Shown in pieces: positions 1 to 14,084 of a DNA stretch of 64,000 nt. The notes under the pieces were generated by a model that was not told where the DNA came from, did no database searches, and saw only the letters and a list, made by a program, of their open reading frames with translations. Within the stretch, counting starts at the first letter, position 1, and the number at the start of each line of letters is the position of its first letter. This DNA comes from Tubiluchus corallicola (lineage: Eukaryota; Animalia; Priapulida): the NCBI GenBank assembly GCA_030141605.1, contig JAQGDQ010000329.1, forward strand, positions 186,001 to 250,000, given 5' to 3'. The position numbers were made by a program, and so were the translations under genes.

Positions 1-389
1 TACAAGCCTCATAATGTCAGAGCACCTATGTTGTTAATACTGCGTTTACTACTAATTTCACTTTTGTGCTTTTGTGTACTGTAACACTTTCGTCTAAGAT
101 TTTGTACAGTTGATTGTTGTTTTACTACACAGGCTAACTAAACTCATTATTATTAATAGTGATTGCTTGCCTTTTGCTTTTGTTTCTAGGCATTTACAGT
201 ACATGATATTAATCTCATTAGTATTGATAAACTCTATGCTTCACTGTTAGTTTTTCTTAAAAAAATATTCCCTAAAAATGTTTTCACTAAAGTTTATAAA
301 ATTTGCAATGGCTGTAGGTTTCTAATTTAAAATGTGACATGTGCATTTAAAATACCTTTTATCTAAAATTTGTATATTGTTGTTTTCAG

Positions 390-3300
390 ATGGAGAAACA
401 GTAAGCATTTTTGACAGTTCCGGGTATCAGCCGGTAGAACCGCTTCGAATGAAATCTCCATCACCTCCACCGACTGCAGTGGCGCTTAGTCGGGAACCGA
501 CACCAGAGAATCAGAGATTTTCGTCTCCACCATCATCATCCACCTCAGACAGTGGTTCTTTCCCCATTCGATTTAAGAGAACTGCTACTCCACCTGCCAC
601 AATTCTGCTAGATCGTGAATCGTCACCACAACATAAACGGACACCCGGCTCTCTAACACCAGCGGTATGTAATTATTTCAGTATATAAAAAATTAGAGAT
701 CGCAAAATTCTTATTCTAATTGTAAAAATTTTTATATGTGGTGAAAAGCTCAGTATATCAAATTTTTAAAAAAAAATGGCCAACCTTGCAAACTTGCATT
801 AATCAGAATCGTAAAGAACACATAATGAACAAACAAATTAAGCCAAAAAACCCTGCCCATGCTACTTTTTACGCTTACGTCAAATTCTTGCCTTACTATA
901 GGATTGTTAACGGTTTATAAATGACTGAAATATTTGCGTCATTTATATCAATTTTGTTTGATACTGTTCTGGTTATAATTGTTATTGTCATATTCCACAG
1001 ACCAGAATATGAATGTGTTTAACTGGATGCATCTTTCACACTGATCTTTTTATTCATATCCCTCTGTTCTTTTATGGAGGAATTCTATTATGATTTGTAC
1101 TTCATAATTAATGCATGTCCATGATCATAATAAGACGGTATTTAATTGTTTAACAGGATTCACTAAGTACGGCTGATGATGAAAGCGAAGGGCTTGATGT
1201 AAGTAATGCAATAGATGAAGCGTTCAGATTTCAAGATGATATGCTAGACACCACTCCTACTAGTGCTGAAATTAAAGAATTTCCATCATCTGTCCGTGAT
1301 GCATCCAAATCGCCTAGCGAAAAAAATGAAGATGTGACAGTCGATTTCAATGAAACAACAATTAATGCTGGCGATATTGAACAGAAATCGCCCATCCAAA
1401 AAGGCATTGCTGCGCTAGAGAAAAATATCACTCATGGTGAACATAATGTTGACCGAATGTCTGCTCATTCGGATAAACTTTCAGACAGCTCCAGCAATGC
1501 TGCTCCAAGTAGTATTGATAGCGACAAAGAAAAGCGGTCGCTTGGGCAGGATGTAACAGATGAAAAACCAAACAATAAAGCAGACGTATTGCGAAGGGAG
1601 CTAGACAAATTGTCTGAAACAGCGAGTACGAAAACGCAGAACAGCTCCGGAACAGAAAACAGTTCATCTGTATCAAAAACTAAAGAGAAGGTGATTGTTA
1701 AATCAGATGTTTTTAATTTTCGAATAACAAAGGTGGGATTATTCAGGTTTTAGTTTGGAAATTAACAATCGTAATGGCTGTTCGTTAATTTACAACCCCT
1801 GTAATTTTTTATATATCGGATAGCTTTGTTTTGTATCCTCCAGTTTTATTTTAGTTCCAATTTCAAATCAACATGATCATTACAAAGATATTCAGTTGAA
1901 AACTATGTAATATTTCTCCCCCAAAAAATGTAATGAAGCAGTCATCAAAGTGTAATGCTATTAAAATATGGTCATCACTTTCTGATGAAATGAAAAGTCG
2001 TAGCTTTTATCAATGCACCAAACCAGTACTTACTACAATGGTATAATTAATACATGACTACCTGAGCTCATCCTGAATTTACTAACAAAACTTATTTTGT
2101 TTAACTTAGTAGGTTAACATACGTGTAACATTATGTAATGTTAATTGTCAATTGCTGTGCTATTTGAAGAAGAACTGGATGGTTTAATGCTCCTTCCGCC
2201 ATTACAAGTGACTCGTATCAGTTTAATGTGGCATCGTGGTATTTGTGACTATGTATATGTATTATTTCACTGTGAAACAAATAAATTCAAGTTTTCGGTG
2301 TGCCAATTTTGTGTAATAGTCTAGGGCAGTGACTTTAATTGGCCCTTAAGATTGTGTGTAAGGTAGCAGGAGTGCCATTCCAACTCCATACTTTCCTATC
2401 TTTGGACAATTTGCTGAACATTGAATAGAAATTTATCATCCCTGTTAATTTAGATATTAAAATTAGCAGCTTATTATGAACTATGCTAGATGCTTGAAAA
2501 ATTGTAGAATGCAATTATTTTTCATTCTTTGCAGTTTCATTTGTGTAAATATTTTTCCGATAGAATGTAACTATGAGAAGAATATTTGTCTAATGTACCG
2601 CTGATTTCGTTAACCCATTTTTTTATTATATCACAGGCAGAAAATGGCCGTCCATCAAAGGCCCACTATCAAACACAAAAAAAGACCCGCAAGTTTGTTG
2701 TGGATGGGGTGGTTGTCACAACAACTGTGTCAAAAATAGTTGGGACTGAAGATGAGAAGCGAATTAAAGAAGACTTTGCTCTCAGGTGAGGATTTAAAGC
2801 CATTTGGCACTGTTTTTTAATTTCTTTGAGCGAGAACATTAATTTAGTTCTTAATGGCTATAACTTAATGTAGTTGTCTTGGGATTGTGGCTATATATTA
2901 GACATTATTTATTGTTGTTGTTGTTGTTGCTGCTTGCAGTGAGTCTGTTGGCTAACTTTTAGTTAGATCTGTAAGTTTATACCTAAGCACAGATGCTCTA
3001 TACATGATTATTTACTTATCATTATTTGTTGGTAACAAAAGCAACTTTCACTCTTAAAAACAGTATTATCCCTAGAAGTAATTTCTTCTATGATCTTGTT
3101 TGTATTGCATGGTAGGGTTTCTCAATGTTTAATCGTGCATTTGATTACTTTATTCTGCATGCTAACAGTCTCAACTTTGAGGCTCTACCAACTATTTGGG
3201 AAAAGTTGTACAGGTTTGTATTACACTTTTTATTGAAGTTTATTGTTTCTTAAAGTGGTCTTATGTTACTTCATCTTACCCATTTTTGTACACTTGGGGA

Positions 3301-6300
3301 CAGAACTATTAATGCACATGAAATTTTTTATTTTACAAATCACATTGGCAACTTACAGAAACTTACGCAACACGGACTAGTCGAGAACATTGATTTTATA
3401 TCAATTTGCTGTAAATGCTATTTGCGTCACGAGCCGTAGCAATTACTTTGCATGCACAATGAACCTTTATGCTCTATTACCGACATACACTAAGCTCCGT
3501 TTTCACTTATAGACCCAATAATCACTTAAATAAATTTGCTTTGAAGCATCTGTGCTAACCACTTATATAAGGGATGTGTGGAAGCTGTCTTACTGGTGAT
3601 TTGGTATTAAATATGCATAATGATTTACTTTTAGGTGTACTTAATTTTTCTTACGAATATTGTTAGTTTACTCTGTATATGCAATTTTGGTCATGTATGT
3701 CAGTAATAATCATTAACAGGTTTAGAAATATTAGACACCCCTTTTGAAATGGTGCTGACTGACTGAATTTGACTAGATCCGAGCTAGACAGTCTTGGCGT
3801 GCCAAATGCTCATTCTCTAAGCAATCGCCAATTTTAGCCTGTGTATTATAGTTGCAATCCAGAAGTTGTGCTGAAGTTCAAAAATGGCTCTGCCTCTCCA
3901 GGTTTTCTATGTTTACAATCAAGTTTATAAAAAGAGGTAGAAGCTTTCTGTGCTTGGAACCAATCTGTACTTACAAAATACGCCATAATATAAGTGCAAA
4001 AATGACTTTGTGATAATTATCTAAATTACTTACCAAAATTTTGGTATTATTTGCAGGAAAATGGAACTACGTGAGCTGAAGATGCTTCAGAAACAGGAGC
4101 AGAAACAGTTTCAGGATTTGGCTAGCAAGGCTCAGTATGCTCGAGATCAGCAAGAAAAGAAATTTGAAGCTGATATGACGGTAACTTTTACATCTGGTAC
4201 TCTGGTTATATGATTTTCAAAGGATGCCGAAATTTTTTTAAGCATGTTTCGTATTATATTGCCATGTTTAGCACGTGTATTTATATTTCTTTAAATTATG
4301 GTTAACATAACAGGTTATTATCCAGCTGTCTTTAATGATCTTTTCTGATCATTCATTTATGATTATAATGTTGAGTGACCTTGCATGCAATGCGCTCACA
4401 TACTAAAACGTAGGCTTCTTTTTTTACATTGTAAATTCTTAAATCAAATGGTCTCTAATTAATTTAATAATAACTGCTACATTTATTTCAAGTAACTAGA
4501 CAGTACCTGATGTTATGTTAATGTGCTTTCAGATAAATTGTTGAATATGTAAAACAAATTAAGTGTATTTTTAGTCACTAGTAAAGAATTATCAAAGTGA
4601 TCTCGACATGCTGGATAGGCAGCAGAAACAACAGGTGGAGAAGGCCGAGCAAGCTCAAGCTCTGGACTTGCGAACAAATTCTAGAACCATCAAGGCAGAG
4701 CAAGTACGTTCTTAATCTTAACTGGTCCATCCTACTAGCGATAGATGTATTGCAAATAATGTTAATGTGTGTCTAAAATCACTTTGCTTAGACATCGTTG
4801 GTTAATTTGGATACTTAGTTAACATTGTCTATTGGTGCTCCAGACTACTGTATTTTGCACATTTTAAATAAATTTAAATCTAAAGACTATTTTAGCATAT
4901 TCTTTGCAAGTATTCCCTTTTTTGTACCTTAACAACTAAGTCACACTACGTCTGAAATTCACTGGGTTCCTCGTGGCTAGCCTGGGTGGACTTGGAACAC
5001 TTCCCTTACGGGCTTTATCCAGAATATCTAGTAGAGACAGTTTCACTAACAAGTTTGTGAAAATTGGCCATTTCAAAAATTAATGGATTTAGTTAGCACA
5101 CAAATTTAGTCACATCTGCTATTTTAACCTAGCCCACACTCAAGTACTATGACTGCGGTAATACTGTAATCGCCTAAAACTTTTTTGGAAACGTTTCTTT
5201 ATCCTCAGGATTTTTCAGGAAAAGGCTTTAAAGAACTTCAGAGATAGTCTCAAGCAAGAAATGCGTTACCTGAAAACAGAAGTAGAAATGATACCAAAGG
5301 ACAAACGAAAAGAAGTTTTCAAGAAACGTAAGGAAGTTCTGGAGGCGGAACATTCTGAACGGGTAAGTTGATTTACATTTCCAAATTTTACAATTATAGC
5401 TGGTCGACGACTGTCTTTAGTTCCGACAGATCAGTCTTAAGATGATCTTGAGATGTTGGACATCTTTGTTCAAGTGTTGCACCCCTTCACATTAGGTGTT
5501 ACATTTTACAGTTTCTACCATTATCAGTTTATGCTTTCATAGTACATTTAATGAATCTTTATTTTCTCATTGTGTTTACTACTTTATTTCTTATTCCTTA
5601 TTCGTTTTGTGTTTTTACTTCTGTATAGATGTCATCGTTAATGCTTTGGCGTTCTTCTTACTTTTGCAAACATTTCTGTCACTTTTACGTAAATAAAAGT
5701 AAAATGCTTGCATCGAGTGTTGTATGTTGTACAAAAGAACACATTATTTTGCAGGAAAAGCGGTTTGTTGATAAGTTATCGGAAGATCATGATTCAACAA
5801 TAAAGCGGCTGTCTGATCAACATCGAGAAAAAATTGCTTTGCTAGAAAGACAGTTTTTGCAGCAAAAGCAGCAGTTATTGAGAGGTTAGTGCTAAGATCT
5901 TAGAAGTACTCGTTTCAGTCATTTGTTTTTCCAGGAACTATCATTATATTACAGTAGTACTGGTGTTATCACAGAATTATTGGCATTTTATAACTGAGAC
6001 TAAATACTACCAGCTGTGTTCTGTTTAATAACCATGCACCTTGTGCTAAGAAAGTAAAATAAAATCTGCAGTGGCACATATTCAGACTTGTCTACAATGG
6101 CTAATCCTAATTTTTCATATCTAATCAGTTTGCTGTGCTATGCCAACAGCTACATTATACTGAGTGACTAAATAATGTTAAAACTGCATAGTTATTTCAT
6201 TTGAAAAAATTTAATGGATTGTATTTTTTGGTAAATAAATTGACTAACCTTTGTTTTTCCTGTTTTAGCACAAGAAGCAGCCAAGTGGGAGCTTGAGGAA

Positions 6301-9300
6301 AGGCAGTTACATGAAAAGCACCAATTAGCAAAGAAACAACTAAAGGATGTTTTCTTCTTGCAGCGACATCAAATGTTAATACGTCACGAAAAGGTAATTT
6401 ATTGTGCATCAGTCACAGAACACGCTGTCTATATTCACATTAAACTGTCCTATAAAAGTCGCAAGCATTTTTTACATAGTTGAAAGAATGCTATGCAGTT
6501 ATACATACTGTTGCTTTTTTGAAATAACACTGACGTACAGTTGATATTGGTTGCTTAGTTATGCTAACCTTGTTCCAGGAATAATTTGCATATGTTACTG
6601 CCAGTGAGTATCTGGGGAATGATAACTGTAAGCAATGTTGTGAATGGACAGTTATTATAGCAACAGATAAAGTAATACTCTGTTTCAGAATACCAGCAGT
6701 AGTTGACATTAGGTGACCACTGACCGAATAAACCCGTTATGTGTGTGTGTGTACTTCTTGAGAATACCCGAATCCTTCTCAGAAACTAATTCCATTGAAG
6801 TAGCTCTTTTCTTAGAATAAATTTGGCTGATTGTACTATATGTGTCTGTGTATTTTAAATGTCCACTGTTGCATAGTAGCACCAGTTTGTTGCCAGTTAG
6901 CTGAATTATTTTAAATTTTATTATATTTGTGATGCGTACAAACAGTGAATGTCTATATTTCACTTATGTGCTAAGCTTTATTTTAGAAATGTGTGGGCAT
7001 ATTCGAAATCAAAATACCTATTCACAGTCATATCTTCCAACCTGAACCACCTGTCCAACTGAACCCATATTTTCTTAATATTTGAAATTTTTGTGTTGCA
7101 ACATTAGGCATTATTGTAATTCTGATTTCACCTCAATCTGGATTATTTACTTGCTGAATAAGTTGTAACAATAAAAAAGCTGGATATCTAGCAAAAGCCA
7201 TACGACAGAATAGGCCGTTGTAACGCTTGTGCTATTTACTTATAATTCTAGGAACTTGAACAAGTACGGCGATTGAACCAACAAAAGGAGGAAGAGTTGT
7301 TGCGACGGCAACAAACAGAGAAAAAAGCACTTCCTAGAAGGCAGAGACAAGAGATGAAAGTTCGCTCGATCATGTTTAAAGAGAGCTTGAGAATCAGTAA
7401 TCAAGGCAACAGCTCTGCTGAAAGTGACCGGGCTAAAATTAAGCATGTACGTAACATTTTTAACCCACTAGTAAATGTCACTTGCATTAATTACTTCTTC
7501 ACTAGTTGTTGCTTTGTACTTTTGGTTACAAAATTAAAATTCACTAGCAGTTTAAAGAAAGTACAACAAGTGTATCCACTTGTTTATATATTATATCAAA
7601 ATATATAGTCACTAATCCTAGTTACCCTACGTATAACGTGACTTAGTCTTTAATAGATTTGACACTGTTAGTTATTCTCGGACTGGCATTTGGAAAATAA
7701 AAATTGGATTAGGTCATTTAAAGGAAACCAGGATGACTTTTTGTATCCTACATTTTAACACGTATAATTATAAAGAGATTAAGTTATTAGCAAGCCAAAC
7801 TAGTCATAACATCTCAAATGAACATAGTATTCAACATGAACATGCCATGAACTTGCTGCATGTACTTACAAAAGCAAAAGTTGAAGTGTGTGGAGCTACT
7901 GTACAACATTTAGTGTGATGTACGAAAACTTGGCCAATTATAAGTTTAAAATTCAAGTTTCAAGTTTATCGCTGTGCTCACGCATGAGCTCTTGAACTCA
8001 TTATATCACAACTGAACACCTCTAAACTGAGAGGTACAGCACCTGTTTTTGTGAAACGCATTTCCGAGATACAGACACTAGTCTAACTAGCGAATGGCGA
8101 AATGCATTTAACAACGAAGAACTAGTTGTGCGTTCTGTGGCAAAATTATTTCACAAAAGTCATTCTTAAAAAATAGTACAGTCCCTTTTAATATTTGGTG
8201 GGCAGATTGTTTTAAGCTATAGTTTAAGATTGGGTTCGGTTTTCCTTTAAAATTTTACTGAAATTCTTAGATTAGCTTTAAAATTTCTGACAGCACTTTA
8301 AAGGCGACATTTTGGTACTGCAATTTGGGCACAAGAGGCCAAAAAGAGCATTCCCAAAAGGCAGCCCAATTTTCCCCTATCCAAATGGCCTATCACCTTT
8401 GTATTGTAAATATTTCTGATTCTTTTTATTTCCTTTTAAGGTGCACATATTGTTGTATTGGTTGTCAAGTAAAATAAATAAATAAGCAACGTGTTTCACT
8501 CATGCTGTGTATAATGTTTGTCCCAAAAATTTAGCATAGTTTTTCTGCATCTAGTTTGAAGAAATGGAAAAGAAGAAGTATAAGGGTGACCTACTAAAAC
8601 AAGAGGCCAAGCACAAGCGACAACTGGACGCTTTACGAGCAAATGCTGAAATGGCTTTGAAAGAGTTGGAACAGCTACAGAATGAAAAACGAAAGATGAT
8701 AACAGAACATGAAAGCACAAAATTAAAAGAACGAGACACAATTTATCAGCAAGATTTGAATGACTGGCGATCAAAACTCCGGCCTAGAAAACAGGTAACA
8801 ATTTCTAGACTTTGTCTGGCAAATAGCAATGCGTAGGTATCCTATTAGGTTTCGTTTAACACATGCCTTAATATTGAGAAATGCCTTCAATCAGTATGCC
8901 TTCAAGGCTTTTAGTCTTCAATACGTATGCTACTGATGCAGTACCAAGGTACCAACATTTGTCGTGCAAGTAAAGTTACATAACAACTGTAACTAACTTT
9001 CTGGTGACTGGACGTTTTGAGAACTTTTAATTTTTAGTATGAAAAACAATGGCTTCCTCTCTGTTGACCAACACTGCTTTATAGATATCCATCAATAATC
9101 TTATTTGTACAACAAGCTGCTTCGCACCATTTTTATTGGCAGACTAATTTTAAATTGGATTTGTCATAATTGCGCTTAACTACTAAATTAATAGTGATGT
9201 CAAAATTTGATGCAAAATCTGACAGATTTACTGTTTTTAGTTCAGAACATTCCACAGAGGGTTCTTAGTCCTTAGGTGTGACTTGATTAATTAAACAAAA

Positions 9301-9783
9301 AAATTAGCCCCTTATTCAGAGATTTGGTTAACTTTAAAAAGAAATGATAGTAAAAGCTGTCACAATTACATAGAATTTACATTAGTAATGCAAAATTATT
9401 TAAACTTCAGCTACTTGAATACTAATAATAGTTAAAATTGTTGATTTTATATTTAACATTATAGAAAAATCAGTTAATGAAATGGTCATCAAAATTTTAT
9501 ATGAACCAAATTCGTAATATGAATTTTTCCCAACTCTGTAAAAATAATCAAGACGTCGAATTTTTGTCCAATTTTTACTTTTGTAATTTTGTATGTGCAG
9601 AAATTGGAAGAAGAATTTCAAAAACAGCGTAACGAACAAGAGTCATTTTATGGGCAGCTTGTAGGCAATGGAACTGGCCAAATTTTCCACGATGACAGTG
9701 TTAATGGTGCAAATAGCATGGCATCTGGTGAAACTAATTCTTCAGGTAGCGACAGTATGCCTCCTCCATACATGGTTTATTAG
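390..9783 (+). CDS. SLK: STE20-like Ser/Thr kinase SLK/STK10 (Slik), 3' portion (linker and C-terminal PKK coiled-coil); kinase-domain exons lie upstream of the window
   Basis: Phase-consistent GT-AG exons: 390-664, 1157-1690, 2637-2785, 4057-4180, 4575-4703, 5219-5362, 5755-5884, 6269-6393, 7252-7446, 8555-8794, 9601-9783 (TAG). Peptides [59 protein letters not shown] and [12 protein letters not shown]...KLRPRKQKLEEEF match the SLK/STK10 C-terminus as I recall it. Confidence 0.92.
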
Positions 9784-10251
9784 TGAATATATACCCGAGT
9801 TAGCAATTTGCTTAAAGGTCAAAGTCATATTTTACAGGTGCAAAAACTGTACCTTTGTGTCGAATATTTTTATGGCTTCCATAAATGGCCATTATTTTGT
9901 TACATAATTTGCTAAACACTTAATTTTAATGTATATATTGGTTAATGTAAGGTGCTGTTATCATCATTTTTAGTTTTATGTGAGCTTCGAAACTTGTTTA
10001 TCTATAATCAGAAATAAACATTCTCAAGAAGTGCTTGTTTAGGTCTAGAAGTTGGCTCCAGGCACTGTCCAAATAATCCATACTGTTTCAGATTTCTTTT
10101 CCCTTGTAGCTGAACTGAAACATTAAAATGAATAAGACAAATTAGAGCTTTTTTTAATTACTAATCATCAATCTGTTGAATAGTTACATAAAGAACGAAA
10201 AATAGCACTCATTGATAACAGATATCTGTAAAAAACTGAAATGTAGCAAGT

Positions 10252-10368
10252 AATCTTATTTTATTTGTTAAGTACTGAACATAGGCAGTCTGGGTGTGCC
10301 AGAGCGTAATCTTTTTATTTTGATTTGTTTAGTGCTGAACATTGGCAATTTGCTTGTGCCAGAGCATA
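10252..10368. repeat. Imperfect ~57-bp tandem duplication in the probable SLK 3' UTR
   Basis: Two diverged copies of taatctt..ttatttgtt.agt.ctgaacat.ggca...tg..tgtgccagagc. Confidence 0.6.
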
Positions 10369-12484
10369 AAATGTTGTGACGATTGAAAATTTCATACAAC
10401 TGCTTCGTTAAATGATTAGCATCTTCTAAATTTAGTTTGTGCAGAAAGGCTGCAGCACAAAATATATGTGAAGATTAATGCACAAAATATATGTGAAAAT
10501 GAATGCACCAATTATTTCATGATTTTGTAAAGCACAACACAACGTTGAATTATCATTGTCATCTAACTCTTTCTGCATGGCTAAACTAGTTTCTGTTATG
10601 TTGCAAATGCATTGTTGAAAATCTTGCAATTATTTCCCAACTCTCATCCATTATGAGCACGTCTTTGAAATCTCCTTAATCGACTGTTAATATTAATTCG
10701 AAATACAATTAAAATTTTATTGAAATGGGGTTGCTCCATGTTTAGCACTTAATTTGTACAGTGATAAATGTACTGCACAAACAAGCACTTCATTCAATTT
10801 TTTCCTTTTAGCTCTAACAGCGTCACTTAAGCCTGTATGCTGAAGCATCAATTTTTTATTGTAAAGATTTATTGATTGTATCTTTTTTGTTACCCTGTAT
10901 TACTATTATTACTAGATTGTGCTTGATGGTCATTCTTGGTAAGTTTATAGCTTTACTAGGATATTTATAACTGCTGGTCTGTAGTCATCCAACTTTTCTC
11001 TGTCATCTTAGCAGCCACTGTTTTTATGAAGCAATTTACTTTTAAAAAAATTCTTATCAGGAAATTAAAGAAAACGAATTGGGTGCTCTTGCCTACTATA
11101 TTCAGTGTAAGGTTGCGGTAATTAAATTATGATTTTACACATACATGTATATTTATAAAAGCACTTTATAAATTATTGCAGAGTCTTATTCTCTTGAATA
11201 TGAGCAGAATTATTTGAACAGTGTGAATAAAGCTTATGGAGGATTGTTACACATGTAAACAAACAATATATGATTAAATAAAACAATAATTTGAAAACTG
11301 GTTTTCCAGTGGTAATGTGTCCTTTTTCAACTTTTGTCGAATGATTGTGTTAAAATTTCAAAGACATTACTACAGTTGAAATAAAGATTATATTTAATTA
11401 CATGTTTCATGTCTTATGCCAGCTTTCAGTTGCTTGTTACTTTGTCGCTATATGCGTTAGGCATGGAAGTAGTCTCTTGCACAGGCAACTTAATTAGCTC
11501 GTATTGTTTCTGTAAAAATCCACACTTGTATCACTAATTTGAATTTATTTTTCGCTCCCAATAAGTCTAATGTCATTTGCCAAAACCATTCAAGACTGTA
11601 CCAACAATCAGCCGTCAAACAACAATCAAAGCAGCGATTTTATTACATTTGCTCAAACCCCTCAAGATCAAAAGGGTTCTTTAATTAATGGCATATCATT
11701 TCTTTTCACTTTCTGCCTTTTACCGTGGATACACACGATCCTCTTCCCAACACACCGAGCAAACTGACATCAATAAAAAGTGCCAGTTTGCAAGATCAAA
11801 AACACGTATTTTGTTCGCTTTGTACACAAATTTCTTCTTTTCCATCAATCAACAATTGCTGTTACTGGTTTGCAGTCTATTAAAATTGCACACAGCAGTG
11901 CCTTTTTCCTGTTTCGGCCTAATTTGTCAAACGAACGTTACAGCCATAATTAGATTTCGCTGTCTTTAGCATTTCATATTTTAGTTCTTTTTTCTCAGAA
12001 ATGTGTCAAACGATCATTAATGTCGATTTTATTGCTTTAGCATCCCCCTCAATTTCTGTTTTGGTTGCCAGCACGCTTTTTTTAACTTTTTGTTTCAACA
12101 CACATTCTTCTCATAGTCTTTCTCTGTTCTAAGTCTGTCTAACTTAGTCATTACATGCATACTGACACTACGTAAAATCATTTTGCCTCGTCGACGAAAG
12201 TTCTATGAAAGCGGTGCACCTAGTTTCTAGAGTATTCGATTTTAGCACAACAGTTAACTCAATATGGAAGATGGAAGTTCGTGAACTATAATTTCGTAGA
12301 TATATGAAAATTAATCGTATTCACTTATAGTGAAGAATGTAATAATAGTTTGCGTAACGTGCAGTTATATACATGCTGAAAAAATCTTCGGCGGTCTGAC
12401 TTAAATTTAGACGATAACGTCGGTAATCAACTTAACAAAGAACCAAAAGCAAACAGCTACACTAGCTACGGACTCGGAGCGCAA

Positions 12485-13378
12485 ATGGCGGTGGTAATAC
12501 GTTTTGTGGAAAGTGCATCATTTTGTACTCAACTGATTTCTAAGAATAGTACACACCTAATCAAAGTTAATTTCTCAACCCATAAGACTTCCTGCTTTAA
12601 CTTTCATAAACAGTTTTTGCTAAGCACTCGTTTAAGAGGCTTGATGTCTCAGGCTGCAAAAAATATTTGTGGGTTTGGATTACGTGATTACCAGCTTTGT
12701 CAAATCGCGGCGAAACGAAGTGCACATTGTGAAACAGGCACAGAGGGCAAGATGTGGTATTCAAGTAGCAACTACAAAAATGATGACAGTTCAACTGAAA
12801 AGCAATTTAAAATGAAACTTATGGATGTAGAGCACATATTGTGGCCAAATATATGGAAAACAATAAGAAATCGAATCTACTACAAGCTTGTGCAAATATA
12901 TTTTGACAATAAATTTACAATATCAGAATTTGCAGAAGGTGCAAAACAGGCATTTGTCTACGTTTCTGATCTAATAGCTGGTGGAAGATTTGATGAACTT
13001 GAAGCGAAACAGCTTGTGTCTAAGGAGGCACTTAGTGAGATAAAGTCAAACTTTAGCAAGCTTAGTGTCCAGCAGAAAATGTTGTTGTCTGTCCCCCTCA
13101 CAGATATTTACTTAGCATTTCCTTATGAAGCCGGAATTATATACGATGAAGAAAGACAGGAGAGGTTTTTAGAAATCATGATGGTTTTCCACTGCTTTCG
13201 GGGATTTAAGGAATTCAAAGAACAATCTGAAGCAGACTTAAACATACAGAAACACAAATCCAACATTACCATAGCAAATTACCGATTTGTGAGAGAATAC
13301 ACAAAAGGTAAAGAAGACCAAGGCTGGACAATCAACCTGCTTAACCACATTCGACCAGCAGAACACACATCATATTAA
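12485..13378 (+). CDS. MAIP1: m-AAA protease-interacting protein 1-like (MAIP1/C2orf47), mitochondrial; intronless CDS, 297 aa
   Basis: Uninterrupted ORF with a basic, hydroxylated N-terminus typical of a presequence. Motifs YFDNKFTISEFAEGAKQAF, LVSKEAL, HKSNITIANYRFVREYTKG and WTI resemble the MAIP1 family (Tim44-like fold). AATAAA follows at about 13448. Confidence 0.8.
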   Translation: MAVVIRFVESASFCTQLISKNSTHLIKVNFSTHKTSCFNFHKQFLLSTRLRGLMSQAAKNICGFGLRDYQLCQIAAKRSAHCETGTEGKMWYSSSNYKNDDSSTEKQFKMKLMDVEHILWPNIWKTIRNRIYYKLVQIYFDNKFTISEFAEGAKQAFVYVSDLIAGGRFDELEAKQLVSKEALSEIKSNFSKLSVQQKMLLSVPLTDIYLAFPYEAGIIYDEERQERFLEIMMVFHCFRGFKEFKEQSEADLNIQKHKSNITIANYRFVREYTKGKEDQGWTINLLNHIRPAEHTSY

Positions 13379-14084
13379 CATCAAAAGGCAGACTATATGG
13401 AAAGTGATTTTTCTTTATTTACAAGTACAAATAATTGAACCATAAAAATAAAATCATGGACTGTAAATATTGTTAATTTCATAGGATTTTCTGATTTTAA
13501 ATTTGTGTTTCTACAGAACGTGCAATTTATTCATTTTCTGATTAAAAATTACTCTGTTGGAAGTGCAGCCTCTAAAACATTTTCAATAAACCCCATCATA
13601 CAACCAAACAATAATACATACTACTGTTTTGCAAATATAAGTGTTTAGCATTGAAACCTAGTGTCATTTATCAAAAAAATTACGTTCTGTAATAATTAAA
13701 GTGTGATATGTGCTGATAACTGATGCCTACCCGCACTGCAATGCAAATCCAAAAACATTCCAAGCATCATCCTATCATTACCAAGCTGTGTTAGCTTGCT
13801 TTGAAATTGCTGGCAGGTATTTTGTGTTTACTGCATATTGATTGGAATATCAATTAATTAAATCATGATACTGTCTCTGTAGCATTTGTAAAGATGCTGC
13901 GATTTTCTGCATTACCTTATTTGCCTAATATATATCAAAAAAATATATTTCAACACTGTCAGTCTGTGTGTCAGCAATTTGAAATATGAAATAGAATAGA
14001 CCCATTTTTCAAATTAAAGGAATCAAACTTCAGAGCATTTTTGCTTTACATGCAGACATACACAATTAAGCTTTTGACAATTCG

